This document shows positions 19,685 to 29,905 of a DNA stretch of 64,000 bases, piece by piece (position 1 is the stretch's first letter; each line of letters begins with the position of its first letter). The translations under genes and the position numbers were made by a program. The notes beneath the pieces are model-generated. The model was given only the letters and a program-made list of their open reading frames with translations. It did not search any database and was not told the origin of the DNA. The stretch lies in IMG/VR virus record IMGVR_UViG_3300035698_013592, one strand, 5' to 3'. Origin of the DNA: an uncultured virus (IMG/VR IMGVR_UViG_3300035698_013592). Lineage: Duplodnaviria > Heunggongvirae > Uroviricota > Caudoviricetes.

Positions 19685-20311
19685 ATGGTTGACCCGAAAG
19701 ATCTTCGGCAAGACGACGAGCCGGACACCCCGGAGTCTCCGGCTGGCGCAATCAAGAAGGTACGTACCCTTGCTGATCTTAAGAGCGAAGGGTACCGGCC
19801 GTTCTTGCTGTCGTTGCTGCACGAGTACGCGGGAGTTGACTTTGACGTCGTGGCGCGCTTTGCCAAGGAGAGCGGTAAGGATGTACGCACGATGGCAATC
19901 AACTTCCCCTTCCCACTTTTCAACCATGACTCTATGTGGTCACGGCTGATGCATGTCATCAACGATGATGTGTGGGAGGAGTTTCGCAACTTCATTATGG
20001 GTGTGACCCTTTCCAACACCACAACCAAAGAGTACTGGAGGATTGTCCCTGCTCTTGGTACTCTTCAAGATCCCTTTGCGCGTATGTCGGACCCAGTGAA
20101 GGAGCCCGAACGTTGCTCCATGGATGTTCTACTTCTCATCGGTAACACGAAGAGCGTAGGGATTCTGCCGTACACGGCAAACGTCAAAGATACAGAAGCC
20201 CCAGTTGACATCGGACAGGTGCCGACGATGATCAACCTCAAATGGGGACCCCCCGACCCGCAGGCGGTCGTGGAAGCTAACGCGGCATTCAACCCAGGAG
20301 GACAGCAGTGA
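19685..20311 (+). CDS. Hypothetical protein
   Basis: 3' part of ORF 19463..20311. Confidence 0.55.
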   Translation: MVDPKDLRQDDEPDTPESPAGAIKKVRTLADLKSEGYRPFLLSLLHEYAGVDFDVVARFAKESGKDVRTMAINFPFPLFNHDSMWSRLMHVINDDVWEEFRNFIMGVTLSNTTTKEYWRIVPALGTLQDPFARMSDPVKEPERCSMDVLLLIGNTKSVGILPYTANVKDTEAPVDIGQVPTMINLKWGPPDPQAVVEANAAFNPGGQQ

Positions 20312-20595
20312 AACTCGTTATCGCAATGCCCGACAGCATCGACGCAGAAAACGTAGGTGTCGTGAACCCGGACGCCGCAGTGGATGGACAGGTGCTTGGC
20401 TCGCACCACGAAGTTCACATGGAGCCCATCTTCTACTCGAAGACAGCCCTCGTGAACGGCCCTTCAGTCCGCCTCCTTGATGACGGCGGCAAAGTCATCT
20501 GTGCTGGTGTTCTGCGCATCTCTGGCAAGACAGGTCAGATTTCCTTTGAGAAGCGCATGAACCCGGTCAAGCCTGCAATCTCGGAACTTGCGTGA
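20308..20595 (+). CDS. Hypothetical protein
   Basis: AGGAGG RBS, coupled. Confidence 0.55.
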   Translation: MKLVIAMPDSIDAENVGVVNPDAAVDGQVLGSHHEVHMEPIFYSKTALVNGPSVRLLDDGGKVICAGVLRISGKTGQISFEKRMNPVKPAISELA

Positions 20596-21230
20596 TTCGC
20601 AGAGCTTTTATACGGGACACCGAGGGTAAGGTTGAGATCGTCGGTATGACTGGCGATCCTACCGAGGCAGATTTTCAAGTCTTGTCTAGTTGGGAGACTG
20701 CGGACGAGGCAGCGGCGGTATTGGAGTTATGCGGGTGGACAAGAGCATTGAAGATCAACGTTACGTGCGGCGCCGACATTGTGTGGCGCCCGCCTACGTT
20801 GGAGCCGTCTTTAGGTCCCCTACCTGGAGTACCTACCGCCTACGTCCCATTAAGCAGCTTGGAAGTCTGTCGCCCCCCGGTGCATTCCGTACATGTTCCC
20901 GAGCAGGGTGTCACGTATGACATTCTACCCGAGATTGTTGAAATAGATGACCGTAGGTTCCGCCACGTTTATGGGTTCACGTATTATGTGGAACCGGATA
21001 TTCGCTCAGCGTCCACATTCGGATACGGTCCGGTGTTTGATGTTCTCAGCGAGAGGTCAGGCGTTGGCATACGGTCTATTGGTTTTTGGTTGCGGCTTGA
21101 GGATGCGCAGTCCGCCGCATATCAATACTTTCAAGATCTTATGAGGAGAGATAGCGATGGGAGTTTCTATGCGGCGCTTCGTGCGTACGTTTACCGAGGT
21201 GCGCTATCAGACAAGAGTGCCGGGCGGTGA
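20592..21230 (+). CDS. Hypothetical protein
   Basis: 212-aa coupled ORF. Confidence 0.5.
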   Translation: MIRRAFIRDTEGKVEIVGMTGDPTEADFQVLSSWETADEAAAVLELCGWTRALKINVTCGADIVWRPPTLEPSLGPLPGVPTAYVPLSSLEVCRPPVHSVHVPEQGVTYDILPEIVEIDDRRFRHVYGFTYYVEPDIRSASTFGYGPVFDVLSERSGVGIRSIGFWLRLEDAQSAAYQYFQDLMRRDSDGSFYAALRAYVYRGALSDKSAGR

Positions 21231-21699
21231 CGATAAGCATTGGAAGACAGAGATGTCGACCGACCCTATCGATGAGCAGGTCAACAAGTGGATTAAGGAT
21301 GAGGACGTGGTAATCGTCTCTATCCATCCTGAGACCAAAGTGTCTGAACGCTCGAGCGACCCGAACGTTTCTGGGCAGCGTACGATGATTATGCGTTACG
21401 TTGTCCTTTACATGCCCGCCGACAAGTATTTCGAGTCTGAGGCGCATCTTCGACAGGCTACGCTGGCTGGTATGATGCAAGGCGTCCCGATTGATGCGTT
21501 GAAGCCGCAGCCACCCAGGCAGCAACAGGCTCAGGCTGTGGCGGGTATCCCGCCTCAACCGCCTGTGATTTCTCAACCCCCTATGCCCCTAGCTCCGGGG
21601 CCAGGGATAGTACAGCAACGCGTTACAGACCACGCGCCCGTAGTTGAGGGTGGTAGCGTCGCACAAGGTCATGCGAATCTCGACTTCTTCGCACAATAA
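21157..21699 (+). CDS. Hypothetical protein with Pro/Gln-rich tail
   Basis: GAGGAG RBS; 180 aa. Confidence 0.55.
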   Translation: MGVSMRRFVRTFTEVRYQTRVPGGDDKHWKTEMSTDPIDEQVNKWIKDEDVVIVSIHPETKVSERSSDPNVSGQRTMIMRYVVLYMPADKYFESEAHLRQATLAGMMQGVPIDALKPQPPRQQQAQAVAGIPPQPPVISQPPMPLAPGPGIVQQRVTDHAPVVEGGSVAQGHANLDFFAQ

Positions 21700-21710
21700 A
21701 GGTATCTATC

Positions 21711-22046
21711 ATGGCTGAGCCTAAGTTTTGGCTGGTGATTGTTGGCGACTCTGACGATCCGGAGTGCGTTGAGATCGCAAATCAGGAAGAGCTGACGAAG
21801 GTTGTACGCGAGCGAGTTCTCGATGCCTCTGAGCCTCTGTGGGCTTACCTCTTCCACGGAGACAAGCTGACGATCCAGAATCCGATTGCGTCCTGTTCAA
21901 TAAAGGGTGCGGGCATCGACCTGGAGGTTGACGGTGTCGGCGGTGGTAAGTCCACCAAGGACAAGTTCACCCCGTTGAGGTATGTACGTGATGTTAACTT
22001 TGACCCAGACGGCCCCCCTCCAGCCGCCAAAGACGCCGGAGAGTAA
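21711..22046 (+). CDS. Hypothetical protein
   Basis: 111-aa ORF. Confidence 0.55.
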   Translation: MAEPKFWLVIVGDSDDPECVEIANQEELTKVVRERVLDASEPLWAYLFHGDKLTIQNPIASCSIKGAGIDLEVDGVGGGKSTKDKFTPLRYVRDVNFDPDGPPPAAKDAGE

Positions 22047-23387
22047 GGCTGCGCTTGCAGCGATTGCAAGCCAAGTAGGTGGTGCTGACGCATTGATGCG
22101 ACTGGCTGCGAAGCACGCTAATCAGATGTGTGGGCAGAATCTGTTTACCCACATCCCTGGTAGCTCTGCTTTCAGCCAGTATGGAAGAGCGGAGGTAGAC
22201 CCTGAGGACCCAAATGTACTCAAGGTTTTTGTAACGCCTCCTTGGTATCCGCAAAACATTACGATTGACTTTGTCATCGGAGAGCCGATGGTTACAAATT
22301 TTGAAGGAGTGAAACCAGGTGAGAAGTGTTGGGTATCACTGACGGAGGGATTTGGGTGGTACGAGGCGGAGGTTGGATCCCGTGCCGAGTCTCTAGTGAC
22401 ATCAACGTCGATGCGTTTGGGCGAAGATCGAGTCTTGACCTTACGCTCCCTCCACTCCCAGATGCCTGTCCGAACGAGGAAGACAAAGCTGTGGTACGCT
22501 ACGTACGACAGGAGACTCGCGCGAACCGGCCAACAGGACCCGTTCTTAGAGCCGGGAGACTTCCAGTACGAGAACAAGGTGTTGAAGTTCTGGCTGAAGA
22601 ACAAGGATGGCATGGTCCATATCTGTTCCTGCCACGTGTACAGCCTAAGCGGGGAGTCGGAGGGTGGCGCAGAGACAGTGGTATTTATCGGAGGCCCTCC
22701 ACACAGCAGCAGTACCAGCTCGGCGCAATCAACTATGAACAGCTCGCCCTCAACAGGCCGGTGTTCAAGTACAAGCCACACATTACCCGGAAGGGCCGCA
22801 TCAGGTACTTCCAAGCAGATACCGATGTCGCACGGCAGCGAGTTCGGCCGCTTTGTGAGGGCGATGAAGCGCTCCATGTGCAAGGCTTTATCGATTCCGA
22901 GGAGGATGCTGCAGTGAGGCCGCATGTTCGTGTTACCTTTGACGACGGTTTCTCGTGGTATGTCACGAGATTTCACATGGCGTCAGAGAGCAAAACACAA
23001 CGTATGTTTGCCCTAGATGGTAACAAACCCTTTAGCATCCCTTCTCAGAAGAGTACCAGTCATTTTGTCTTCGAGGATCTGACGCTTGAGCCTCCGAAGA
23101 TACAGAGTCTGCTCTGGGCTAACATGCGAAAGCAGAGATTACGTAGGCTGAGCCGCGTTGACCCTGGCGTTATCATGGATACGGATGGATGTGACCCTCT
23201 CGGCTTTGGTACCGCGTGTGCGTTTATGCACTCGAGCATAAGCGGGCAGCGCTGGTGTATCACAGGCTTACTCAAGAACATCAAAGCAGAAGGTGATGGC
23301 CTTCGTGCGGAGATGTCTGTGAATAAACTCGACGAGTATACAAGGCCATACCCGTTACGTGACGACGAACTTGAAGATCTGTGGTAA
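21982..23387 (+). CDS. Hypothetical protein(s): two overlapping ORFs, possibly one gene with a -1 frameshift near 22690
   Basis: ORFs 21982..22917 and 22326..23387 overlap by ~590 nt. Confidence 0.4.
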
Positions 23388-23426
23388 CTGAATAGCTGCT
23401 GGGCTGGGAGTTACTATAAGGTGACA
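23387..23426 (+). promoter_or_regulatory. Phage promoter-like motif, repeated at 39088-39127
   Basis: ACTGAAT-16nt-GTTACTATAAGGTGACA. Confidence 0.55.
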
Positions 23427-23454
23427 GTCCAGCAGCTAGCCTTGGTCTCATCAT

Positions 23455-23489
23455 AGCCCCGGCGGATGTCGCTGGGGTTTTTTCTTTTT
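23455..23489 (+). terminator. Rho-independent terminator
   Basis: AGCCCCGGCG-GATGT-CGCTGGGGTT-TTT. Confidence 0.7.
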
Positions 23490-23500
23490 ACCCCCGTTTC

Positions 23501-24583
23501 ATGGAGGAGGAGCCTATGCAGGAGGTATTGGATCGTGCACGCGAAATGTGTATGGAAGAGGCGGTCTTCGGCGTTTATGAAAGAGACCCCTCTCCTGACC
23601 ATCGACTGGTACCATGTCAGGACGTCGTAGCTGTATGCTTGGAATCCTCATACGGGGTACCGAAAGCACATTGCTTTCCGTTCGTGAACGTAGGTGATCG
23701 CGTGATTGTTGGCGGTCACGTAGGCAAGGTACCGAAAGGGAAGTACAAAGGCCTCTTCTTCGAGAGGGACAAAGCGCCTGAGGATAAAGGAAACACAAGG
23801 CTGATGGCTGCTGGAGTAACCAAACGCCTTGTTGCTGGTTCCAGCGCCGACACCTTTCGTGACGACTCAGAGCCGGATAGCAGACTGTTTGGTTGGGTTC
23901 AAGATCTTGTTGACCACAAGGCTCAGATTACGAAGACCACGGAGTTCACTATCCCTGAGTGTTACATCTGTGCAGATGATGTGATGGATGTCATTCCGGG
24001 ACGTAACATTGACCATGCTGTGCTGCGCACGTCGCAGTTCGGTACGATTGACGGCGTACCCCGTGCCCCGAGGGCCGGACTTGTTGAGAAGCATACGAAG
24101 GTCGGGCTCATTTTAGACGGAGAACTCATCAGGGCGGACGCAGGCGAGATAGAGAAGCGAGCAGAGCCCATGTTTGGCCCTGTGGTTATCTCGCTGTACC
24201 CGATACCGAAAGAGGGTGAACGTGTAAAGGAAGGGCAGGCGCTCTTTACGCCGTTCCCTATGTCTCCGCAGATTCAGACCCGCCCGGAAGTGGACAAGCT
24301 ACCCAACGCAAGAGTACTGAGGTGGCTGGTTCTTCAGGATTCGTTGTTACAGCATGACGGGATGACGCTTGCGCCCTTGTCGTGTATCAGTCCTGAGAGT
24401 TCTGTAGGTGAGAAGTTCGTGGATATTCAATGCACGCGGCGGACGCGTGTCAGTATGGCGTTTAACCCGCGAACAGATCCTATCTGGATCAAGGGCGGCG
24501 GTGGCACTGAGGTAAACTTCAGATTCACGTGGCATCGTAACTTCATCCTAGGCTCCGATAGGGCGGCTAAGCGGGTGAGGTAG
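23501..24583 (+). CDS. Hypothetical protein
   Basis: 360-aa ORF. Confidence 0.6.
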   Translation: MEEEPMQEVLDRAREMCMEEAVFGVYERDPSPDHRLVPCQDVVAVCLESSYGVPKAHCFPFVNVGDRVIVGGHVGKVPKGKYKGLFFERDKAPEDKGNTRLMAAGVTKRLVAGSSADTFRDDSEPDSRLFGWVQDLVDHKAQITKTTEFTIPECYICADDVMDVIPGRNIDHAVLRTSQFGTIDGVPRAPRAGLVEKHTKVGLILDGELIRADAGEIEKRAEPMFGPVVISLYPIPKEGERVKEGQALFTPFPMSPQIQTRPEVDKLPNARVLRWLVLQDSLLQHDGMTLAPLSCISPESSVGEKFVDIQCTRRTRVSMAFNPRTDPIWIKGGGGTEVNFRFTWHRNFILGSDRAAKRVR

Positions 24584-24600
24584 CCCGTTATCACTATCTG

Positions 24601-24633
24601 AAACAGGTCGACTAGATCGTCGGCCTGTTTTTT
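24601..24633 (+). terminator. Rho-independent terminator
   Basis: AAACAGGTCGA...TCGGCCTGTTT-TTT. Confidence 0.65.
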
Positions 24634-24646
24634 AGCTCTTGAGTTG

Positions 24647-24684
24647 TTGACATCTTAGCAGGGTTGCTGCTAGACTTGTCGAAG
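24647..24684 (+). promoter_or_regulatory. sigma70-like promoter, twin of 8433-8470
   Basis: TTGACA-18nt-TAGACT-TGTCGAAG. Confidence 0.6.
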
Positions 24685-24708
24685 AGAGGTCACATTAGGA
24701 GCTTGGAT

Positions 24709-25326
24709 ATGACAGTACTCGGTTTAGGACCGGATCAATACTTCGGCGAAGATCGTCAAAAGGATTACGGCAAGGGCATCGTTGGAGGCGTACGCATACC
24801 TTCCCATGAGGCTGGAAAAGGCGGAGGCTCCTGTGGCTTCGACCCGCACAAACCGCCACCGTATCAGGTTATAGATATGAGCGGCGACTCCATGGACGTA
24901 GTTGGTACTGTTGATCCGATGGCGGACGTAGCAGTAGCTGAGGCAGAGGTCGTCCCGCCGACACCAGATGTAGAAGAGTTGTCCCCGGAGGGGGCGTTGA
25001 GCGCGCCCAGCCCAGACGTTCATGCAGCGTCTGTCGCTCCGCCCCCTCCACCCCCACCTTCCGCGTCAAAACCCATGAAGAAAGTCACGTTTCTCGGCTT
25101 CGGCGAGTTCACTGTCCCGTACAACGATGTCTTTCTTGATGGCATGTGTTTGGTTTTGGTGTATGATAGAGGAAATGAAGTCACGTTCGATCCACCTATA
25201 GACGCTGACAATGCCATCAGTCTCAGGTATGCCGGTAACGTCATGAAGGTGTACTCGAGTGGTATCCGATTCGTGGAGCCTGGTACTAACCGGGTCTTCA
25301 CGGTTCTTTTGATTGATCGATCATGA
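24709..25326 (+). CDS. Hypothetical protein with poly-Pro linker
   Basis: AGGAG RBS before ATG 24709. Confidence 0.55.
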   Translation: MTVLGLGPDQYFGEDRQKDYGKGIVGGVRIPSHEAGKGGGSCGFDPHKPPPYQVIDMSGDSMDVVGTVDPMADVAVAEAEVVPPTPDVEELSPEGALSAPSPDVHAASVAPPPPPPPSASKPMKKVTFLGFGEFTVPYNDVFLDGMCLVLVYDRGNEVTFDPPIDADNAISLRYAGNVMKVYSSGIRFVEPGTNRVFTVLLIDRS

Positions 25327-25520
25327 ATAAAGACGGATCTACAAAGCCCGGCGTAACGCCATGTGAAGCATGCGGTGAGCCTTCCACGGTGACTGATAAG
25401 AGCGGCCGATGCCTGTGCGGTCGTTGCCTGTCCTTGGAGAAATCCAGCAGTGTCCGGGAGACCCCGGCAGATTCCCTACGAACAGCAGGCGAAGATCTGG
25501 CTGAAAAACACCGGGGGTAG
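25323..25520 (+). CDS. Small zinc-finger protein
   Basis: CEACG...CLCGRC; coupled to the portal-like gene. Confidence 0.5.
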   Translation: MNKDGSTKPGVTPCEACGEPSTVTDKSGRCLCGRCLSLEKSSSVRETPADSLRTAGEDLAEKHRG

Positions 25521-25522
25521 GT

Positions 25523-27364
25523 ATGGCTGATAACTTCCCGCTTTTCTCAAATACGGCTGCTGGTTCGGGTAACGCGATAGACCGCTACTCGTCAGAGTTC
25601 GGTAACCCCTTCTATCACTACGCCACAGACGCAATGCCCAATCAGCTCAGCGATGTCTTTAAGCTCGCCGAGCACCTGTGGCTAACCGACAGCACGTATA
25701 AGAAAGCGATGCAACGCGTCGTCCGTTATTTCTTGACCTCTGTTGAGCTCAAGGATATAGAGGCCGACGAGAAGGTGAAGTGGGACGAGTTTCTGTACGA
25801 GACGTTTGACGTCACCACACAGGCTGCCCTCATCGGCGACGACTTTATTGGTTACGGCAACAGCTTCACCTCCATCTATGTACCTTTTCGCCGTTACCTC
25901 GTCTGTCCTGGTTGCTTGGTTCATCGCCCTATCGAGAAAGTGGACTACAAGTTCGACGAGTTTAGGTTCATGTCTAAGTGCCCCGCGTGTCAGTACAGCG
26001 GGGAGATGAGGCGTATTGACCGCCGCACGGCAGAGCAGGACAAGCTCAAGATTATTCGCTGGCCCGTGCATGAGATGAAGTTGCTCTACAACCCGATCAG
26101 CCAAGCAACCTGCTACGAATGGGTAGTGAGCGCGGATATGCAGAAGCATGTCACGAAGGGTACAGACCATTTCATCAACACTACCCCTTGGGAGATCATC
26201 GACACAATCAAGCAGAAGAAGACGCTCTTCCGCTTTAACCCTGACATCATCCACCACATGAAAGAGGACACGCTCGCGGGTGTTCCTCTCCACGGATGGG
26301 GCTTGCCGCCTATCTTGTCGAGTTTCAAGCAGGCTTGGGTGCGACAGATCCTCCGAAGGTACAACGAAGCCATCGCGTTGGACTACATCGTCCCCTTCCG
26401 TCTTCTGACCCCGGGCAAGGGTTCTCCCGCAGCTGACCCCCTCATCCATCAGAACCTGGGTGATTTTACCCGTAACATCATGGCCCAGATTAAAGAGCAC
26501 AAGCGTGACCCAACGTCATGGCATGTCGTGCCTCACCCTGTTGAGTACATGCCTATTGGTGGCGACGCGAAGGACCTTGCGCCACATGAGCTTCTGCAGT
26601 TTGAAGATGATGAGCTGCTCAATGGCCTGGGTGTGCCTGCGGAGCTGTACAGGGGCACCATTCAGGTACAGGCGGCTCCAACAGCCCTACGTCTCTTCGA
26701 GCGCACGTGGACCCATTACGTCACCGCACAGAACGCATGGCTGCGATGGTTGGCCGATACTTGCGCCGATCTCCTCAACTGGGAGCGCGTCAGCGGACGC
26801 TGGCAACCCGTTACGCTCGCTGAGGACATCGAGAAGAAGCAGGTGCAGCTCGAACTCGCCGCAGGTATGCAGATCTCACGCGGTACAGCCTACGCCCCGT
26901 TCGGTATTGATTACCGCGAAGAAATTCGTAGAATGTTCCAAGAAGAGCGTTTCTATCAGGAAGAGCAGAAACGCTTCGAAGAGGAACAGGCGCAGCGATC
27001 TGAGATGGAGCAGCAGATGGCAACAGGCGGACCCCAAGGTGGCGGGGGTGGCGCAGTTGGTGGTATGTCGCCGGGTATGCCTGCGGGTATGCCAGGGTCT
27101 ATGGGTTCACCTATGGGAGCAGGCGGCGGTGGCGGCGCAGTTACTCCAGAGGCCCTCTCAGCTCAGGCTGAGGAGCTCGCCTACCAGATGCTATCGATGC
27201 CCTACGAGTCCCGCCGTTCGCAGCTTTCACAGATCAAACAAAGCAATCGTGAGCTCCATGCTATCACGATGGCAAAAATGCAGGAGATTCGGGACAAGGC
27301 TGCAAGCGAAGGGCAGCAGGAGAAGTTGCAGCAGTTGCAAGGCGGCGCCGGTCCCGGCATGTGA
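25523..27364 (+). CDS. Putative phage portal protein with zinc-ribbon insertion
   Basis: 613 aa; DFIGYGNSF, IIHHMKE..GWGLPPI, LNGLGVPAEL; CPGC...CPAC insertion; Gly/Met/Gln-rich tail. Confidence 0.6.
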   Translation: MADNFPLFSNTAAGSGNAIDRYSSEFGNPFYHYATDAMPNQLSDVFKLAEHLWLTDSTYKKAMQRVVRYFLTSVELKDIEADEKVKWDEFLYETFDVTTQAALIGDDFIGYGNSFTSIYVPFRRYLVCPGCLVHRPIEKVDYKFDEFRFMSKCPACQYSGEMRRIDRRTAEQDKLKIIRWPVHEMKLLYNPISQATCYEWVVSADMQKHVTKGTDHFINTTPWEIIDTIKQKKTLFRFNPDIIHHMKEDTLAGVPLHGWGLPPILSSFKQAWVRQILRRYNEAIALDYIVPFRLLTPGKGSPAADPLIHQNLGDFTRNIMAQIKEHKRDPTSWHVVPHPVEYMPIGGDAKDLAPHELLQFEDDELLNGLGVPAELYRGTIQVQAAPTALRLFERTWTHYVTAQNAWLRWLADTCADLLNWERVSGRWQPVTLAEDIEKKQVQLELAAGMQISRGTAYAPFGIDYREEIRRMFQEERFYQEEQKRFEEEQAQRSEMEQQMATGGPQGGGGGAVGGMSPGMPAGMPGSMGSPMGAGGGGGAVTPEALSAQAEELAYQMLSMPYESRRSQLSQIKQSNRELHAITMAKMQEIRDKAASEGQQEKLQQLQGGAGPGM

Positions 27365-27399
27365 GGTTAGTATCCGTGAGAATCTCGAGGAGGGAAACG

Positions 27400-28482
27400 A
27401 TGAAGCAAGATATTTTGGAATGTCGGCGAGGTATGTCGGATCTTCGGAAGCTAACCTCACAGGTGAGCGCTGAGATTAGCCTGCGTAAAGAAGCTGAGGA
27501 ACGCTTCCGAGCGATGTTTGAGCAGGGCGTACATGCGATGGCGCTCATAGACGCCGAGACACACCAGTTTGTTGAGGTCAACGATACTGTCTCTGTTCTA
27601 CTTGGGTACACAAAAGAAGAGTTGAAGTCCATGACCCTTTTTGACATTGAGGTCAACGAGACTCAAGAAGAGACAGAGGAGCATACCCGTACGATCATAC
27701 GTACGGCTGGTCGCATTCGTGAGTTCCAGACTAGGCATCGCCGGATGGATGGCGACATTCGTGACGTACATGTTCGTGTCCGGTGCATTACGCTTCGTGG
27801 TACGACGTACCTCCAGGCCAGCTGGAAGGATATCACGGACATCAAGCGATTACGCGGTAGGCAGGGTCTGGCGCTTTCGGTCTTACAGGCGCTCAATGAC
27901 ACGCCACCTACTAACGGAGCTATCCAGAAGATCACAGAGTTGATCAAGGAGTTCATGAGCTTCACGTCGGTAGGTGTTCGGCTGGTTCGTGACGACGACT
28001 ACCCATATTATGCCCACATAGGTTTCCCTCCGAAGTTTATTGAGGTGGAGAACAGCCTATGTATCTCTGGCCCTGATGGGGCTACAGTACTCTCCGAAGG
28101 CGGCGTCGCCGAATTAGACTGCGTCTGTGGCGCGGTTATATCTGGAGATACGAAACGACATTGCTGTGAATACTTCACGCCTACAGGTAGCTTCTTTACC
28201 AATAGTACCACAGATCTTATAGACGGCGGCGGTATTTCAACGCTAGAGCATACTCGCAATGTGTGCCATGAGCAGGGGTACGAGTCCGTCGCTATTATCC
28301 CCCTTTGTCATGCAGGCGGCGTCATCGGAGCTTTGCACATCGCGGATACGCGTAGAGATCTGTTCAATGAGGAGCTGATAACATTCTTTGAGTCTTTGGC
28401 AAACGCTGTGGGTATTGCGTTTGCGCGTGATCAACATATCTTGAGACTTCGAGTGGAATTGGACGCATTGAGGGGTAAGTAG
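27400..28482 (+). CDS. PAS-GAF sensor protein without output domain
   Basis: EERFRAMFE...EVNDTVSVLLGYTKEEL...DITDIKR (PAS); GYESVAIIPL..VIGALHIAD (GAF). Confidence 0.85.
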   Translation: MKQDILECRRGMSDLRKLTSQVSAEISLRKEAEERFRAMFEQGVHAMALIDAETHQFVEVNDTVSVLLGYTKEELKSMTLFDIEVNETQEETEEHTRTIIRTAGRIREFQTRHRRMDGDIRDVHVRVRCITLRGTTYLQASWKDITDIKRLRGRQGLALSVLQALNDTPPTNGAIQKITELIKEFMSFTSVGVRLVRDDDYPYYAHIGFPPKFIEVENSLCISGPDGATVLSEGGVAELDCVCGAVISGDTKRHCCEYFTPTGSFFTNSTTDLIDGGGISTLEHTRNVCHEQGYESVAIIPLCHAGGVIGALHIADTRRDLFNEELITFFESLANAVGIAFARDQHILRLRVELDALRGK

Positions 28483-28484
28483 TT

Positions 28485-28877
28485 ATGGCACGAAGCACCA
28501 TAGATTCGGGCAGCTCGGATGATAAGATTTTTGATCTTTGGTTCAAGCGTATTTTGAACCAAATGGATGGACTTATCGATAAGTATGGGAACTTACATAC
28601 AGAGCTTGTGGTGTTGAGAACACGGGTTGGACTGTTGGCCGCCAGTATCGCATTTGTGGTGAGTCTCATTCTTTCAGGCGTGGTGGGTTACATCGTAAGG
28701 TCCGCCAGTCAGGCGCGCATTGCAGAGCAACAGGTTGAGATCGATCAGTTGCGGCAAACTGTTAAGCAGGCGTCTACGTTGACAACGACCCCTACGGACA
28801 TGAAGAAAGAGATTGAGATACTGAAGAGGATGATCGAGAAGGTGCATAAGCAAAACGCGGCGAGAACAAGACCGTAA
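28485..28877 (+). CDS. Single-pass membrane protein with coiled coil (holin/spanin-like?)
   Basis: Hydrophobic VGLLAASIAFVVSLILSGVVGYIV. Confidence 0.5.
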   Translation: MARSTIDSGSSDDKIFDLWFKRILNQMDGLIDKYGNLHTELVVLRTRVGLLAASIAFVVSLILSGVVGYIVRSASQARIAEQQVEIDQLRQTVKQASTLTTTPTDMKKEIEILKRMIEKVHKQNAARTRP

Positions 28878-28902
28878 GGGCGTACTTGAGGAGGCCGGTG
28901 GC

Positions 28903-29823
28903 ATGGCGAAGCGCGCAAACAAGTGGCTATGTGCTCAGATTATGACGACGTCGGTTTGTCCGGCGTCTTGCTTCTATTGTGCTTACCCCGACGGATGGCA
29001 CAAGCAGCATCCGGGACACATGACGGAAGAGACGTTTGAGCTACTGCTCGAGCGCCTTCGGCAGGTTGGGGACTTCTCTCGCGGCAAGATTTGCATGTAT
29101 CTGATGAACGAACCTCTCGCCGACCCAGACATCTGTCACCGCATCGAGCGCGTGCAGCAGTCCTTCCCGGGTACTCTCATTGAGATCAACACAAACGCGT
29201 TACTACTCAATGAGGAAAGAGGCAAGCAGCTCGCTAAGGTGATAGAGAAGCAACGCCACCAGATTCATATTCACCTGTCCGGGTACGACGAAGAGACGAG
29301 TCAGCGGGCGATGGGGTTACCCTTCCAGGTTCGGTACGACAATGTCGATCGGTTCCTCGGCCTCACCGCTGACCACAACATCCATGTAGAGATTGAAGGC
29401 TTTTACCGTGCGGAGCCCAACAACGGTCCTATCCTCTTCAGCTACCACCCATGGCATGCGAAGATGAAAGAGCTGAGTAGTGGCCGTGCAAAGAGCTGCG
29501 ACCTGTACAGATTCCACGACCGTGCTGGAACGATCAAGAGGCACGGTGACGTTAACTTTGGGGTGCGTCGTGACTGCGATTGCGACAAGCCGGGCGAGCC
29601 TTGCCGTCGTGTCCACGAGTGGATTCATGTAGACTGGCAAGGGCGCCTACGTATCTGCTGTAACGACTATCACCGAGAGATTGTACTGAAGACAATACAT
29701 GAGATCCCGAATTTGAAGGAGTTCTTAGAGGGTCCTGAGTGGGAATTCGTGCAGCGGCTATCGCAGGGTATCGAAGAATCCCTCGACACCTTTATTTGTA
29801 AACGGTGTCGCGGCAACCGGTAG
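28903..29823 (+). CDS. Radical SAM/SPASM-twitch protein
   Basis: CPASCFYC, NEPL, INTNA, C-terminal C...CC..D...CKRC. Confidence 0.85.
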   Translation: MAKRANKWLCAQIMTTSVCPASCFYCAYPDGWHKQHPGHMTEETFELLLERLRQVGDFSRGKICMYLMNEPLADPDICHRIERVQQSFPGTLIEINTNALLLNEERGKQLAKVIEKQRHQIHIHLSGYDEETSQRAMGLPFQVRYDNVDRFLGLTADHNIHVEIEGFYRAEPNNGPILFSYHPWHAKMKELSSGRAKSCDLYRFHDRAGTIKRHGDVNFGVRRDCDCDKPGEPCRRVHEWIHVDWQGRLRICCNDYHREIVLKTIHEIPNLKEFLEGPEWEFVQRLSQGIEESLDTFICKRCRGNR

Positions 29824-29905
29824 GTTAGTAACAGGTTACAGATATTCTTGTGTGGACGGCGCGAACTCGCGTGTCGTCCATTTTGTTTGTTCTAAGGAGA
29901 AACCG

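Noticed and set aside
23501..24583. RNA polymerase subunit fragment (VGDRV/EGERVKEGQ hybrid-motif-like strings)
   Set aside because: No catalytic or other conserved RNAP motifs are recognisable; left as hypothetical.
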